DNA of 64,000 nucleotides from Armatimonadota bacterium (GTDB lineage: Bacteria; Armatimonadota; Fimbriimonadia; Fimbriimonadales; GBS-DC): the NCBI GenBank assembly GCA_037445735.1, contig JBBIJY010000002.1, positions 96,001 through 160,000 on the forward strand, read 5' to 3'. The notes under the pieces were generated by a model that saw nothing but the letters and a program-made list of their open reading frames with translations, was not told the DNA's origin and did no database searches. The position numbers were made by a program, and so were the translations under genes. Position 1 is the first letter of the stretch. Each line of letters begins with the position of its first letter. Shown here piece after piece: positions 18,173-29,100 of the stretch.

Positions 18173-18955
18173 TCAGATGGCGGGACCACCCATAGCGCCG
18201 CCGCCACCCTTGGGACCGGCACCGCCACCGCCCGCAGCTGGGGGCGGAGCACCCAGCCCACCCGGTGAAGGACCACCGCCTGGCATCCCTGGCTGTTGAC
18301 CACCGCCCGTGCCGATGAAGCCCGGACCGCTGAGCGGGATACCCGCTGCCACGGCGATGGCCATCACCCGGTTAGTCTTGGTGTCGATCTGGAAAGCAAC
18401 CCCCAGCTTGTTATAGCGTGCCAGGATTACATCGCCATAATACTGGTGCTCCTGTGGATAGCCATAGGCACGCACCACTTTGCTGTAAGGGTCACCCAGC
18501 GTGATGCCGCGCGCCGTGCGAACATTCGGGTCAGGCTTATAACCATGCGCACTGATCTGCACCACGCGCCCATCTTTGTTCACGACAAACGCATAGGTGC
18601 TACCACCTTTGCCCTTGTAGATGTAGGTGGTCTCCATCTCGACGCGCTGCTCGCCCGGCGTCCCACCTGTGCCAGGCGGCTGACCGAAGCCGGGCGGTCC
18701 GCCAGGACCAGGCATCTCGCCACCTGTGCCCGTTTGTTGCTGCTGCTGTTGTTGTTGATCAAACCGTTGCACAGTTATCGAGACATAGGTAATCTGGCGC
18801 GGATTGCCAAACTTCTGCAGCACGCGCACCGCAGGGCTGAACAGCCGAATGCCTAACAGCGCCACCTCCGTGCGCTGCTTGCTCTGAGCGGTTAAACCCA
18901 GCAGCAAAGCGATGGCGCCAGTCGCCACAACCGCATATTTCCAGACGCTCTTCAT
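18173..18955 (-). CDS. Secreted hypothetical protein with two internal repeats and Gly/Pro/Gln-rich linkers
   Basis: Signal peptide; GIRLFSPAVRVLQKFGNP / GITLGDPYSKVVRAYGYP repeats; poly-Q; GGAGG RBS. Confidence 0.7.
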   Translation of the reverse strand: MKSVWKYAVVATGAIALLLGLTAQSKQRTEVALLGIRLFSPAVRVLQKFGNPRQITYVSITVQRFDQQQQQQQQTGTGGEMPGPGGPPGFGQPPGTGGTPGEQRVEMETTYIYKGKGGSTYAFVVNKDGRVVQISAHGYKPDPNVRTARGITLGDPYSKVVRAYGYPQEHQYYGDVILARYNKLGVAFQIDTKTNRVMAIAVAAGIPLSGPGFIGTGGGQQPGMPGGGPSPGGLGAPPPAAGGGGAGPKGGGGAMGGPAI

Positions 18956-19098
18956 CCCTATCGCCTCCATCCATACTATACCCTATCTTCGGTCAAAACC
19001 GTGCTGTTCCCGATAGGGTTGTGTCTATATTCGTTTCGACGCGCCTGCCGCCCCTCCTGTTCCGACCGTGAGAGGTATAATCGGTTCGGTGAGCGCGC

Positions 19099-19743
19099 AT
19101 GGCAGTGCAGGCACTTGAGAAACCGGGAACGATTGGCTGGGAGGAATATCTGAACCTTCCGCTGACCACCTATGAGATTATCGACGGAGAGGTGATTGAG
19201 CTGGCAACGCCAACTTTGAGACATCAAAATGTGCTGAGTGAGCTACTGGTGCGCCTGCGCCTTTTCGTGAAAGAGCGCGGGCTGGGGCAGGTTTTCCCTG
19301 CTCCCTTCGACCTTGTGATTCGGCGTCAGCCGTTGCGCACGCGCCAGCCCGACCTGTTCTATCTTTCCTATGCTCGCGCCGGCAATCTGAATGCGCTGCT
19401 GGATCAATCGCGTCTGGAGTTTGCACCCGATCTGGTGATTGAGGTGCTGTCGCCGTCGGACACCCTGCGCATGTGGCGCGATAAGCTGCACGACTACTAC
19501 ACGCTGGGCGTGCCCGAAGTGTGGCTGGTGGATATTGAGCAGGGCGAGATCGAGGTGCATGTTCGCGAGGAGCATGGCTACAGCTCGCTCGGCTGGTTCT
19601 CCGGCGAGACCCCGCTGCCATCGCGCGTGCTGCCCGATCTGGTGTTGCTGCCCAAAACACTGTTTGAGAGCGCGGGCGAGCCAGCCGCAACCGCCAAAAG
19701 CGCGTCACCAGCCGTTAGTCGGCGTCGGGGTCGAACGGGCTGA
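19099..19743 (+). CDS. Uma2 (DUF820) family endonuclease
   Basis: YEIIDGE, PTLRHQ, QPDL, PDLVIEVLSPS, K...Y...GVPEVWLVD. Confidence 0.9.
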   Translation: MAVQALEKPGTIGWEEYLNLPLTTYEIIDGEVIELATPTLRHQNVLSELLVRLRLFVKERGLGQVFPAPFDLVIRRQPLRTRQPDLFYLSYARAGNLNALLDQSRLEFAPDLVIEVLSPSDTLRMWRDKLHDYYTLGVPEVWLVDIEQGEIEVHVREEHGYSSLGWFSGETPLPSRVLPDLVLLPKTLFESAGEPAATAKSASPAVSRRRGRTG

Positions 19744-22700
19744 CAGTGAAGCGCGGCTGGATCGCCCCCGCGAAGATGTCGGTCATCCCATTGCGCGTGC
19801 TGCTCCAGAACAGCAACAGCGACTCATCGAACCCGCCAAAGACATTGAGCGGCGACGGCGCCAGCCGATACTCCAGATTGGGTATCGCCCACAGATAGAG
19901 TTCGTTCGTCGGCAGGTTGATGGGCACAGGCGACACATATTCGGTGAGGTTGCCGCGCAGCTGACCCTCATCCAGCCAGCCGATAACCGCCACCTCGCTC
20001 CATTCGACGACCTGACCGGTTTGCGGATTGCGTGTGAGGTAGCGCACCTCCACCTCTTTGCCGATATCCCCGGTCGTGAAGTAGATTCTGCCCTGCACGG
20101 GATCATACTCATAGAAGCCCAGCCCACTGCCCGCAGGGTTGCGCGGGGTCAGCTGCACGATGGCGTGGTTCTCCCCGATGGCGAGCGCAGTGGCGCCCTC
20201 ACGCAGAGGAATCCCGCCACGCCAGCTAAGAATGGGCAGGCTCAGCCGCACGCCCGGACGCAGCGTCTTGTAGTAAAAGTTGCCCGGGCTGTTCGGTGCG
20301 CTGCCGCCCCGACGGAACAGCACCCAGAGCCGATCCACAGGCGGGCGGTCGGAGCTGCTGCAGACACCGTTCAGGGCGCCCTTGCGCACAGGCGATGCAG
20401 CCAGATTGTTCAGATTGTGGCGCGGGTTCAGCGTGCGCTGGAACACGCTGAACACCTGCGAGTAGCCACCTATCTGACCCGAAGCGTACGGGATCAGTCG
20501 CAACAGGCGCGGACGATAGGTCACCGTCACCACATCGTTCAGGCGCGGCGCCCGATTCACAAACCGAATGGTGCCGTTCAGTGGATCCACCACAATTGTG
20601 CCTGAATCGATCAGCATGTTGTTCTGGTTATTGCGCACAATATAGCGGAAAGTGAGCAGCCCTGTCGCCTCGTCTTCAATCGGCTCCTGCAAACGGCTCG
20701 GATTGGTGGGATCCACAATCACGGAGACGCCGTTCACCTTGATGTCGATATCCGCTTCCAGCGGGTTGCCGTCCTCGTTCCAGACCGTTTCGAGGCGGGT
20801 CCAGTCGAGGTGGCGCGTGCGCCACACATTGCGCTCCGCGTCCTTCTGGGCGACCTCATCGATGATGCGCGGCAGCAGCCGATCCTGAATATCGCCGAGC
20901 GCGCGCTCCACCTGACGGCTATCCAGCGGTAGCAGATTGCCGTTGCGCGGGTTCACATAGTAGCGGGCGAGCAGCAGCTCCGACTCGTTGCGCTCGCCAA
21001 CCGTGCCTGTGATGGCAACATCGGTGAGCAGCACGAAGGGCGAGTCAGGGCTGCTCGGGTTCAGCGACACACGATAGACCTGCGCTGCAACGCTATCCAC
21101 ACTGCGAATGGCACGGGAGAGCGGTAGCGACTGCTCGCGTCGCCAGCCATTGAAGCTATCGCCATCGGACGGCAGATAGAAAATCTGGTTCCTGCCCGCA
21201 GGCGCCGACACATAGAAGAGCCAGTTGCCGATGCCGGGCAGACCGGTGATGTGCGGGCGGGTGCGCGGCAGTGCAGGATCCACCGGCACAACGCTGATTT
21301 GCCCCACAGGCTCGCCCGTTTGCGGGTTGAGTTGCGTGTAGAACAGCACGGCGTAGTTGGTGCCCGCGATCTGCACCTCGCCTGTCCAGAAGAGCCACGC
21401 CTGCACCGCGCCGCGCGTGCCCTGCGTCAGATGAACCACAGGCTGATGGTGGCGAATGGTGCTTTTCTCTTCATCGGTCAGCGCACGCCCCAGATTGAGC
21501 GCCTGCACGAAGAGCGTGCCGTCGGGGTCGTTCGGGAAGGGTCCGAACGGACCGAGCCACCACTGCCCACTGATGCCTGTCGGTATCCAGCCGCCTGCCA
21601 GCGGGATGCCGTTCAGCAGCATGCGGGTGCCGTCCCAGTTGAGCGACGCCCAATAGAGGAAGAAGCGGTTCCGATTGCTGGGATCGCGATTGCTGCTCCA
21701 GTAAAGATGCAGTCGTCCTGTTTGCGGATCGCGGAACGCGGTCGGCGTGTGATTGCTGACGATGGGGGTGCCCGGTGCAGGCAACGGGTCAATCTGTGCC
21801 TGGGAGCCGCGCGTGACCCCGCCTGTGAGCTGGGTCTCCCGCACGCGCACCACGATGCGCATCGACGGCACGGTGATGGGATCGCCCGGCTCCACCACGC
21901 CAGCTGTGCCAGCTGCTGTGTCGCGGTAGACGCCAATCCACTGCGAGTAGACGCCCATCGGCTGGAAGGGCGGGATGGCAATGCTGATTTGAGGCAGGCG
22001 CGGCTCAAAATCGTTGCGCCCGTCACCGTTCACATCGGGCGTGCGACCGTAGGGCACGGCAGGCAGCGACAGGTAAGTGCCCGCCATATCGCCCGCGCGC
22101 GGCTTCTGCAACACCGCATAGGGCTGGTAGCCCGGCACAATCGCGCCTATCTGCGCCCAGCCGCCCACATTCGCCCAGTAGGGATTATCATACAGTTTGA
22201 GCGGATCGTTGCGGCTCCAGAAGCGCGGATCGAGCGTGCTGACCACCGTCGTCCACGCGGGCATCCCGGCGAATGTGCTGACCATATCCGAGAAGAGATA
22301 GATGCCGCCTGTGGCAGGATTGCCAAACGCTTTGCCCAGATAGAGCGGGTAGAGGTTGAGGTTGCCCTCGTTGCGCACGCGGAACGGCTTCCAGTAGGGC
22401 GCGAAGAGCGCGTTATCGGGGCGGAACGCCGAAGTGGGAGCATAGGGCGAGAGCGCGTCGAAGTTGAAGCCGAACCCGCCCGGCAACGCGCCGAAATCGA
22501 TGGTCTCTTCCTCAATCAGGAAGCGCGCATCCGGCTCAACGGTGATTTCGGTGGCGACCTCCCGATAGGCTTCCTGCGCGACCTGGTTCGCTCGCGGCGC
22601 CAGCGCGTTCTCCAGCCCATCGAAGCGCCCGTTGTTGTTCGAATCGATGTAGATAAAGTTCGTGTGGACAGCCGGGCTGTTGGATCGGAGAACCAGCGAG

Positions 22701-25700
22701 CTGTAGCGGTTCGGCGGCTGATAGCGCGGCACATTCACCTGCACCACGATGGGGTCGCCGTTGCGGTTGGCAAAGATGTTCTCGATGCGCATGGCGGTCT
22801 GGCGCAGGTCGGTGCCGCCCTCAAACAGCATGCGCACATTGCGGGCGGCAATATCGGGATAGTCGGGGCTGCGATTCGGGAGGGTGGGCGGCTGCTCCCA
22901 CGGCAGCGGGTAGTTAACCGCCCCCGGACCGCCCTGCCAGTACAGTCCGCCCGTCCAGGCACGCACATTCAGCGTGAGCGGGATCAAACTGTTAAGCGCG
23001 ATGTTGCGCCGATCCGCCACCGAGAAAAGACCGTTAATGAGCGTGCCATGCTTGGCGCTTCCGTTCGATTCGAACTGGGCAGGCACGAGCCGACCACCGT
23101 TACCGTTCACCAGATTCTGGGAATCTCCAGGATTGTTCTCGTCGCCCACAAAACTTCCCGACGGACTCCAGAGCTTGAGCGGGTGCGCGATGCTGAACTT
23201 CCAGCCCTCGCCTCTTTCACCGCCGCCGTAACGGTCAATCTCAGTCGTTTCCAGATTGAGGTCGGAGGTGAAGCTCATGCCCGGCATGCGCAGCTGCAGC
23301 TCGTATTCGGGTCCGGGCGTCCAGTAGTTGCTGCCAGACGCCTGCACGGTGATGCTCTGCACGGCAATCCAGTTCCGCTCCGGGTTGGGCGCTCGCTCGG
23401 TGGTGCGCGGTGCCAGCACATACTGCACACGCGAGACCCCTGGACCGACCACCTGCACAGCGACCTGATCGCGACGGGTCTCGGTGCCTGATAGCTTGAA
23501 GTCCCACACAATCACATAGAAGGTCTGACCCCACTCCAGCACCCCGGGCCACTCGGGTACTACCTCGTTGGGCGCCTTTTGACCTGTCAGCACCGCATCG
23601 GCTTCCTCTTTCTTGAGCGTGACGGTCACCTTGGTGTGGGAGATGTCGGTGTTGTCATCCTGGCGTCCTTCAGGACCAGTGGTGCCCCCAATGCCCGTTC
23701 CCGGGGGAAGCTCGCTATATGCCAGTCCTGAAGTGTTGAAGGCGTACACCACGCCCGCGTCGTCGGCGATATAGAGCCAGTCGTCCAGCACGGCGGGCGA
23801 GGCGAACAGCGTGTCGGCATAGAGTTTCCAGCCCTCGAACAGCCAGCCGTTGCGCCGATTGCGTTCGTTCGTGGCGTGCAGGGCAACAATTTCGCCCGCG
23901 TTCGTGCCCACCACAATCGCGGGCTTGGCGCCAAAGTCGTTGCCGTCGGGATCGGTATCATTCACTCCTGTGAACACGGGCGAGCTAAAGATGGCGCCGC
24001 TGAGCCGCTCGCTGAAGAAGGAGCCGTCGGTACCGCGCAATTCCTCGCCCGTGTCCGCGTTATAGGCAAAAACGCGCCCCAGACTGCCGCCCACAAAGAC
24101 GGCATTGATCGGGGGTGTGCTGGAATTGTTATCGAAGTCCAGCCCCTGCACCACCAGTGGCGAGCTGTAGTTGAACGCCAGGATGGAGTTGGTCTGGTCA
24201 GGCTGTCGCCAGATGAGCTGCCCACTGCTGGCGCTGATGGCGTAGGTGCGCCCGCCATCGATGCCGCCCGTGTTGATGAACACCTTGCCGAGCGCGACGG
24301 CAGGCGTGGCGGTGATCGGCTCAATCACTTCTGTGGTGGAGTTCAGGGGGGGATATGCCCAGCGCAGGGCGGTCGCGCTGCTGGTCGCGTCGGGGTTCAG
24401 CGCGTAGAGCCGCCCGTAGAAGTTGCCCTCCACGCTGCCGATGAACACCGTGTTGCCATCATACGCAGGCGCGCCCACGAACGACGCGCCGAAAACCCGA
24501 TACTCCCACTTCAGCCATGTAGCGGGGTTGCCCGGGTCCAGATCGGTTTTGATGGCGTACACCGAGCCGCTGGGGTTGCCGATTATCACCAGGTTTTTGT
24601 CTTCCAGAATGAGCGGCGAGGCGTAGCTGAAGGGCGCGGCGGTGGCGGGCTTGATACGCCAGTAGAGCTTCGTCTCGCCCGGATTGGTGCCGTTCTGGCC
24701 ATCGCCCAGCGCGTCGATGCAGTAGATGAAGCCGTCCTGCGCACCGAACACCAGCACCCAGCGCGTCGCGACGCTATTGCCGTCGCGCACGCGCACCTGC
24801 CCGACCGCCGGCGTGGAGAAGACCGATTCCGCCTGCAGGTTCGCTGGCACCAGCTTGATGGCGTCGGCGACCACATAGCGCGAGCGCTCGTTCGCATCTT
24901 CGGGCGAGAAGTTGCTCACCCAGATTTCGTAGGTTTGCCCCTGCGTGAAGGTGAAGGGCGACGAGCGCAGCAGCAGCCAGTTCCCGCCTCGCGTCTGGTT
25001 GACAATCAGCGTGGCGGTTTCGAGGTCGTCTTCAACCACATAGCGGGCGCGGCGCGCATGCTGATCGCTGCTGGGGAACCATGCGTACACATAGTATTGC
25101 CCGCTCTGGCTGACCGACACGCGCCAGACAGCACGACGCTCCTCAAACTGGTTCGCGGTCGGCGTGGTGCGGTAGTAGGAAGTGTTGTACTGATCTGTCA
25201 GATCAGTGCGCCGCTCCCAGCCGTTCGCCGTGAAGTCCGGGTCCTGATCATCGAGGATTACGCCCGTCTGACCTGTGGGTGTGACGCGGAACTGCCAGCG
25301 GATGCGCACATCGCGGGCAGCGTCGTTATGCACATGCTCCAGGCAGGTGATGGTGCCGTTGCCGTTCGCCACGAACACAAGGTGCTGATTCGCGTTCAGC
25401 GGGTTGCGAATGACCACCGGCGACGCCTGAATGATGCCGTAGTCGGGCACGAATCGCACGGCGTCCGCCACCGCAATCGGCAGGGGCTGCTCCCCTGCAT
25501 CGGGACCCTGCGGGTCGATGCCGTTGTCGAGCGTGATGGTGATGCGTTCGTTATTGTTGCGCACGATGAAGGGCAGATTGCCCAGCTGCTGCCAGCCGCC
25601 GCCCGTCTGATCCAGATAGAGATCGGCGACGCCGCTGGAGTCGGCAACCCGATAGTGGGCGCGCCGGAGGTTGCTGCGCATCTGACCGCCCACGCGCGTG

Positions 25701-26158
25701 CCCGACGAGGGCAGATGCACGAAAATCTTGTAGACGCCAGCGGGCAGCGGACCACTGTCCCATGTGAAGGTGGCGTTCGGTCGCCCCAGCGTGCCGACAG
25801 CGTAGCGGTACGGTTCGGTCGCCTGCGGGTTCTGAAGCCAGGCATCACCAGCCTGCTCCTGCAGGGCGGGCACAATCCAGGTGCCTGTGAAGGTCGCCGT
25901 CGCGCCGTTGTTATTGCTTTCGCCGTCGTTATCGACAACGATTGGCTCCCGCAGTTGCGGCTGGCGCGTTTCGCCTGGAAACGGCAGAAACGGATAGGTC
26001 CAGCCCAGCAACAGTTTGACCTTGCTATCGCGCGAGTTGCTGGTGACGCCCGTGCGCTGATTGCTGCCCCGATGTGTTGCCCAGCTATCCTGGGCGAACG
26101 CCATCGCCGTCCAGCCCATCAGCAAGGCTATAACCCATACGAACCGTACCGCTCTCAT
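19715..26158 (-). CDS. Giant secreted protein (2147 aa) with PQQ-like beta-propeller repeats and two golvesin/CBM-like beta-sandwich domains; candidate pilus-tip adhesin
   Basis: Signal peptide, WATHRGSNQRTG, repeated S(S/T)P.V...G..DG.(I/L)Y blade motifs, two modules ending in VADA(V/I)(R/K).VP, DxNxDG loops. Confidence 0.8.
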   Translation of the reverse strand: MRAVRFVWVIALLMGWTAMAFAQDSWATHRGSNQRTGVTSNSRDSKVKLLLGWTYPFLPFPGETRQPQLREPIVVDNDGESNNNGATATFTGTWIVPALQEQAGDAWLQNPQATEPYRYAVGTLGRPNATFTWDSGPLPAGVYKIFVHLPSSGTRVGGQMRSNLRRAHYRVADSSGVADLYLDQTGGGWQQLGNLPFIVRNNNERITITLDNGIDPQGPDAGEQPLPIAVADAVRFVPDYGIIQASPVVIRNPLNANQHLVFVANGNGTITCLEHVHNDAARDVRIRWQFRVTPTGQTGVILDDQDPDFTANGWERRTDLTDQYNTSYYRTTPTANQFEERRAVWRVSVSQSGQYYVYAWFPSSDQHARRARYVVEDDLETATLIVNQTRGGNWLLLRSSPFTFTQGQTYEIWVSNFSPEDANERSRYVVADAIKLVPANLQAESVFSTPAVGQVRVRDGNSVATRWVLVFGAQDGFIYCIDALGDGQNGTNPGETKLYWRIKPATAAPFSYASPLILEDKNLVIIGNPSGSVYAIKTDLDPGNPATWLKWEYRVFGASFVGAPAYDGNTVFIGSVEGNFYGRLYALNPDATSSATALRWAYPPLNSTTEVIEPITATPAVALGKVFINTGGIDGGRTYAISASSGQLIWRQPDQTNSILAFNYSSPLVVQGLDFDNNSSTPPINAVFVGGSLGRVFAYNADTGEELRGTDGSFFSERLSGAIFSSPVFTGVNDTDPDGNDFGAKPAIVVGTNAGEIVALHATNERNRRNGWLFEGWKLYADTLFASPAVLDDWLYIADDAGVVYAFNTSGLAYSELPPGTGIGGTTGPEGRQDDNTDISHTKVTVTLKKEEADAVLTGQKAPNEVVPEWPGVLEWGQTFYVIVWDFKLSGTETRRDQVAVQVVGPGVSRVQYVLAPRTTERAPNPERNWIAVQSITVQASGSNYWTPGPEYELQLRMPGMSFTSDLNLETTEIDRYGGGERGEGWKFSIAHPLKLWSPSGSFVGDENNPGDSQNLVNGNGGRLVPAQFESNGSAKHGTLINGLFSVADRRNIALNSLIPLTLNVRAWTGGLYWQGGPGAVNYPLPWEQPPTLPNRSPDYPDIAARNVRMLFEGGTDLRQTAMRIENIFANRNGDPIVVQVNVPRYQPPNRYSSLVLRSNSPAVHTNFIYIDSNNNGRFDGLENALAPRANQVAQEAYREVATEITVEPDARFLIEEETIDFGALPGGFGFNFDALSPYAPTSAFRPDNALFAPYWKPFRVRNEGNLNLYPLYLGKAFGNPATGGIYLFSDMVSTFAGMPAWTTVVSTLDPRFWSRNDPLKLYDNPYWANVGGWAQIGAIVPGYQPYAVLQKPRAGDMAGTYLSLPAVPYGRTPDVNGDGRNDFEPRLPQISIAIPPFQPMGVYSQWIGVYRDTAAGTAGVVEPGDPITVPSMRIVVRVRETQLTGGVTRGSQAQIDPLPAPGTPIVSNHTPTAFRDPQTGRLHLYWSSNRDPSNRNRFFLYWASLNWDGTRMLLNGIPLAGGWIPTGISGQWWLGPFGPFPNDPDGTLFVQALNLGRALTDEEKSTIRHHQPVVHLTQGTRGAVQAWLFWTGEVQIAGTNYAVLFYTQLNPQTGEPVGQISVVPVDPALPRTRPHITGLPGIGNWLFYVSAPAGRNQIFYLPSDGDSFNGWRREQSLPLSRAIRSVDSVAAQVYRVSLNPSSPDSPFVLLTDVAITGTVGERNESELLLARYYVNPRNGNLLPLDSRQVERALGDIQDRLLPRIIDEVAQKDAERNVWRTRHLDWTRLETVWNEDGNPLEADIDIKVNGVSVIVDPTNPSRLQEPIEDEATGLLTFRYIVRNNQNNMLIDSGTIVVDPLNGTIRFVNRAPRLNDVVTVTYRPRLLRLIPYASGQIGGYSQVFSVFQRTLNPRHNLNNLAASPVRKGALNGVCSSSDRPPVDRLWVLFRRGGSAPNSPGNFYYKTLRPGVRLSLPILSWRGGIPLREGATALAIGENHAIVQLTPRNPAGSGLGFYEYDPVQGRIYFTTGDIGKEVEVRYLTRNPQTGQVVEWSEVAVIGWLDEGQLRGNLTEYVSPVPINLPTNELYLWAIPNLEYRLAPSPLNVFGGFDESLLLFWSSTRNGMTDIFAGAIQPRFTVSPFDPDAD

Positions 26159-26190
26159 ATCTCACTCATCCTCCCGTCGGTGTTTCATGG

Positions 26191-29100
26191 TTAGAACGCG
26201 CGATCGGCGGCGCTGGGCTTCCGCAGTTGATAGGAGCCGCTCATCGCCGGGCGATCCGCCGTGCTCCAGACGATGGAGTCGTAGCTGAAGCCCAGCAGGC
26301 TGCCGTCGCTCGGATTCGTGTCATTTGGATTGAAATCGCTCGCCTTGAGTTCCAGCACCTCGCCGAGGAACTCCATCGGCTCTTCGGCGCCGCTGGCGTT
26401 GACGAGGGTGGTGTAGCCGCTGTAGCCGTTGACAATCAGCACATTGCCGTTGAACAGGTAGCGTGCCTGACGCGGCTTGAAGAGGATTGGCTGCCGGGGC
26501 GGGCTTTCAGGGGCGCCGTCCACCGTCTGCAGTCGCAGCCCTTTCAGTCGGCGGCGAATGCCCAGACTGTAGGCTTCATTGGTGAGCATCCATGTGACGG
26601 GCAGCGTGTCGCCAATCGTGCCTGTGAGCGGCACCTGCAGTTCGTAGATGCCCGTGCTGGTGGTCACCAGCAGGAACAGCCCGACAGCGCTTCCACCTCC
26701 GCCGCTGCTAACAAGGCTGACCCTGGAGGTGTCGATGGCGACGGGCGCCAGGATGGGCACGACTGTGCCATCGGGCAGGCGCATCCTGGTGATGTAGAGC
26801 GTGCGATCCGCACCGCCTTCCGCCAGCTGGAGAATAATCATGCCCGCTTCGGGCGTGGCGGGTTCTGTGGCGGGGTCGGCACCGCGCGCGGAGGCGTTCT
26901 GCACCAGCGTGGCGAAGCCGATTTTGGTCATGTTGCCGTCCCAGTATTCGAACCGCTGGGCACCCACATAGCGATAGGTCTGACCCTCTTTGAGTGTGGG
27001 CGTCATCCAGTAGAGCACGCCCGTCATCGGCAGGTTCAGCTGCGGATGCCATACTGGCTCGCCAATCGCGTAGGTGTTCGCGTCCACCACGAAGCGGTCG
27101 ACGATATCGACGACGCGGTTATTGCCCGTGTCGGCGATGGTGTAGTGGATCCAGTATTCCCAGCCCGTGCTGCTGCGGACGGCGTACGGATTGCGTGCAT
27201 CGGGCACGAACTCGGTCCAGACCGTGACATCGGTCGGATTGCGCAGGGTGGCGGGCGTGCCGCTGATGTAGTTGGAGCCGAGCAGCCCCTGTCGGTTCGG
27301 ATCGCGCAGGTTGAGCGTGCCCGTGACATTACCGCTGGCATCGCGCAACGGCAGCAGGTCGGGCAGGAAGCCGGTGATGGTGCGCTCCTCCTCGCCCGCG
27401 CGGTTCAAAATCGCGAGACGATTGCGCTCCGGCTCCACAATCAGGAACTGGTTCTCGCCGTAGCGGTAGACGCGCGCGTTCGGCGTGAGCGGGTACTTGG
27501 CGAAGGCGGGTACGAACGAGCCTGTCGCAAACTCCAGCTGGCTGTTCTCGCTCGACCACACCACCTGACCCGCGCTGTCCACCTCCAGCAGGCGACCCTC
27601 GTCGGCGATCACCGTCAGCTGGCGGCTGTAAATCTGAAGCCCCTCGTTCGTGCCGACCACCAGCACGCCATCGCCGATGCTGACAGGCGATATGGCTGTA
27701 TAGGGCAGACTGACGATAAATCGACGGAAGAACTCGCGCAGGAAGGCGAACGGGTTGCGCGAGATTTGAACATCGTTGACCAAATCGTCAATAAAGGGCC
27801 AGCGGATGACCGAGCCGTAGCCGAGGTTGGGGAACGGGATGGTTCCCGCCTGCGCGTGGCGCGTGCCAATATCGGGCTGGTAGCGGCGCGGGTCGGTTGC
27901 CAGACCCAGCACGCCGTATATCTCCTGCCGATCGCTCACATTCGGGGGCAGTGCGACTCGCATGGGCAAATAGAGGATATCGCCCGCCACCACTGGCGGT
28001 CCCTTCGGCACCTCGCCCAGCAGCACCGCGTACCAGAGCAGGTTGTCCCACTTGCCAGCGTAGAGCTTCTTGCCGGGATCGAGCGGGTCACGGTCGGGGT
28101 CGATCAGCGCGTTGTAGGCGCCGACCGACACCAGCACAGGCTGCGAGATGCTGAGCGCGCTCAACAGCTCCAGCGAGCCGCCCGCCTGCGACTGACGGAA
28201 GCCACTCAGCCGGATTTGACCCGTCGCATAGTCCACCGTGATGAGCGGGTCAGGACTCTGCGGCGAGTAGGTCAGGCTCACCTGCGTGAAGAGCGACGGG
28301 TTAGCCCCTGACCGTGCATAATCGCGCTGGGTGAGCGTGATGGGCGCATCGGTCGCAATCGGCGCGCCCAGATCGATGATGAACTGCTCCGGCTCCGCAT
28401 CGAACGCCAGCACGATTGTGTAGGGTATCGGAAGGAAGCCGCCCAGCCGCACTGTGCCAAGCCCCAGCGCGTAAACAACGCCGTTCGCGTACACAGGCGC
28501 CTCGATGAAGGAGAAGTTCATCGCGAGCGGCGCGCCGCCAGGAAAACTATGGCTGAAATTCAGGAGCGGACCCAGGAAGTCGGACAGATAGCGGTTCGGC
28601 TCGTTCCAGATGGTGGCACCGGGCACCGAAACCATGTTTGCCTGTCCGCCTGCAGTCACGCGCTGCTGGTAGCCGCCGTGCGACTGCCAGCGCCAGAGGA
28701 TGACGGAGCCACCGCCGCGCGTGCCAGCGGAACTCCACTGCTCCAGCACGGCAATCAGGTTGCCGTTGTCTGTGTTTGGATCGCTGGAGCCGCCGTCAGA
28801 GGTGAGGGTGCCCGTGGTGATATACAGGACGCCGTTGGCGCCGAGTGTGAAGCCCTGCAGATTATTCGGCGGCATCGGGCTGCCTGTCTGGGAGGCGGGC
28901 AGGCTCATAAAGGTGCGCATCATCGTGCTGGGGTTATTCGCCGTTGCCCAGTCGATGTAATAGTCGATGTAATAGAGGTTAGTATTAACTGCGCCAGCAT
29001 ACGCCACACGCCCTGGCGAGCCGAAGTTGAAGGTACACAGGTCGGTGATTTCCGTAATCTGACCGGTTTGCGGGTTCAGCTCGTACACGCGCGGGCGCAG

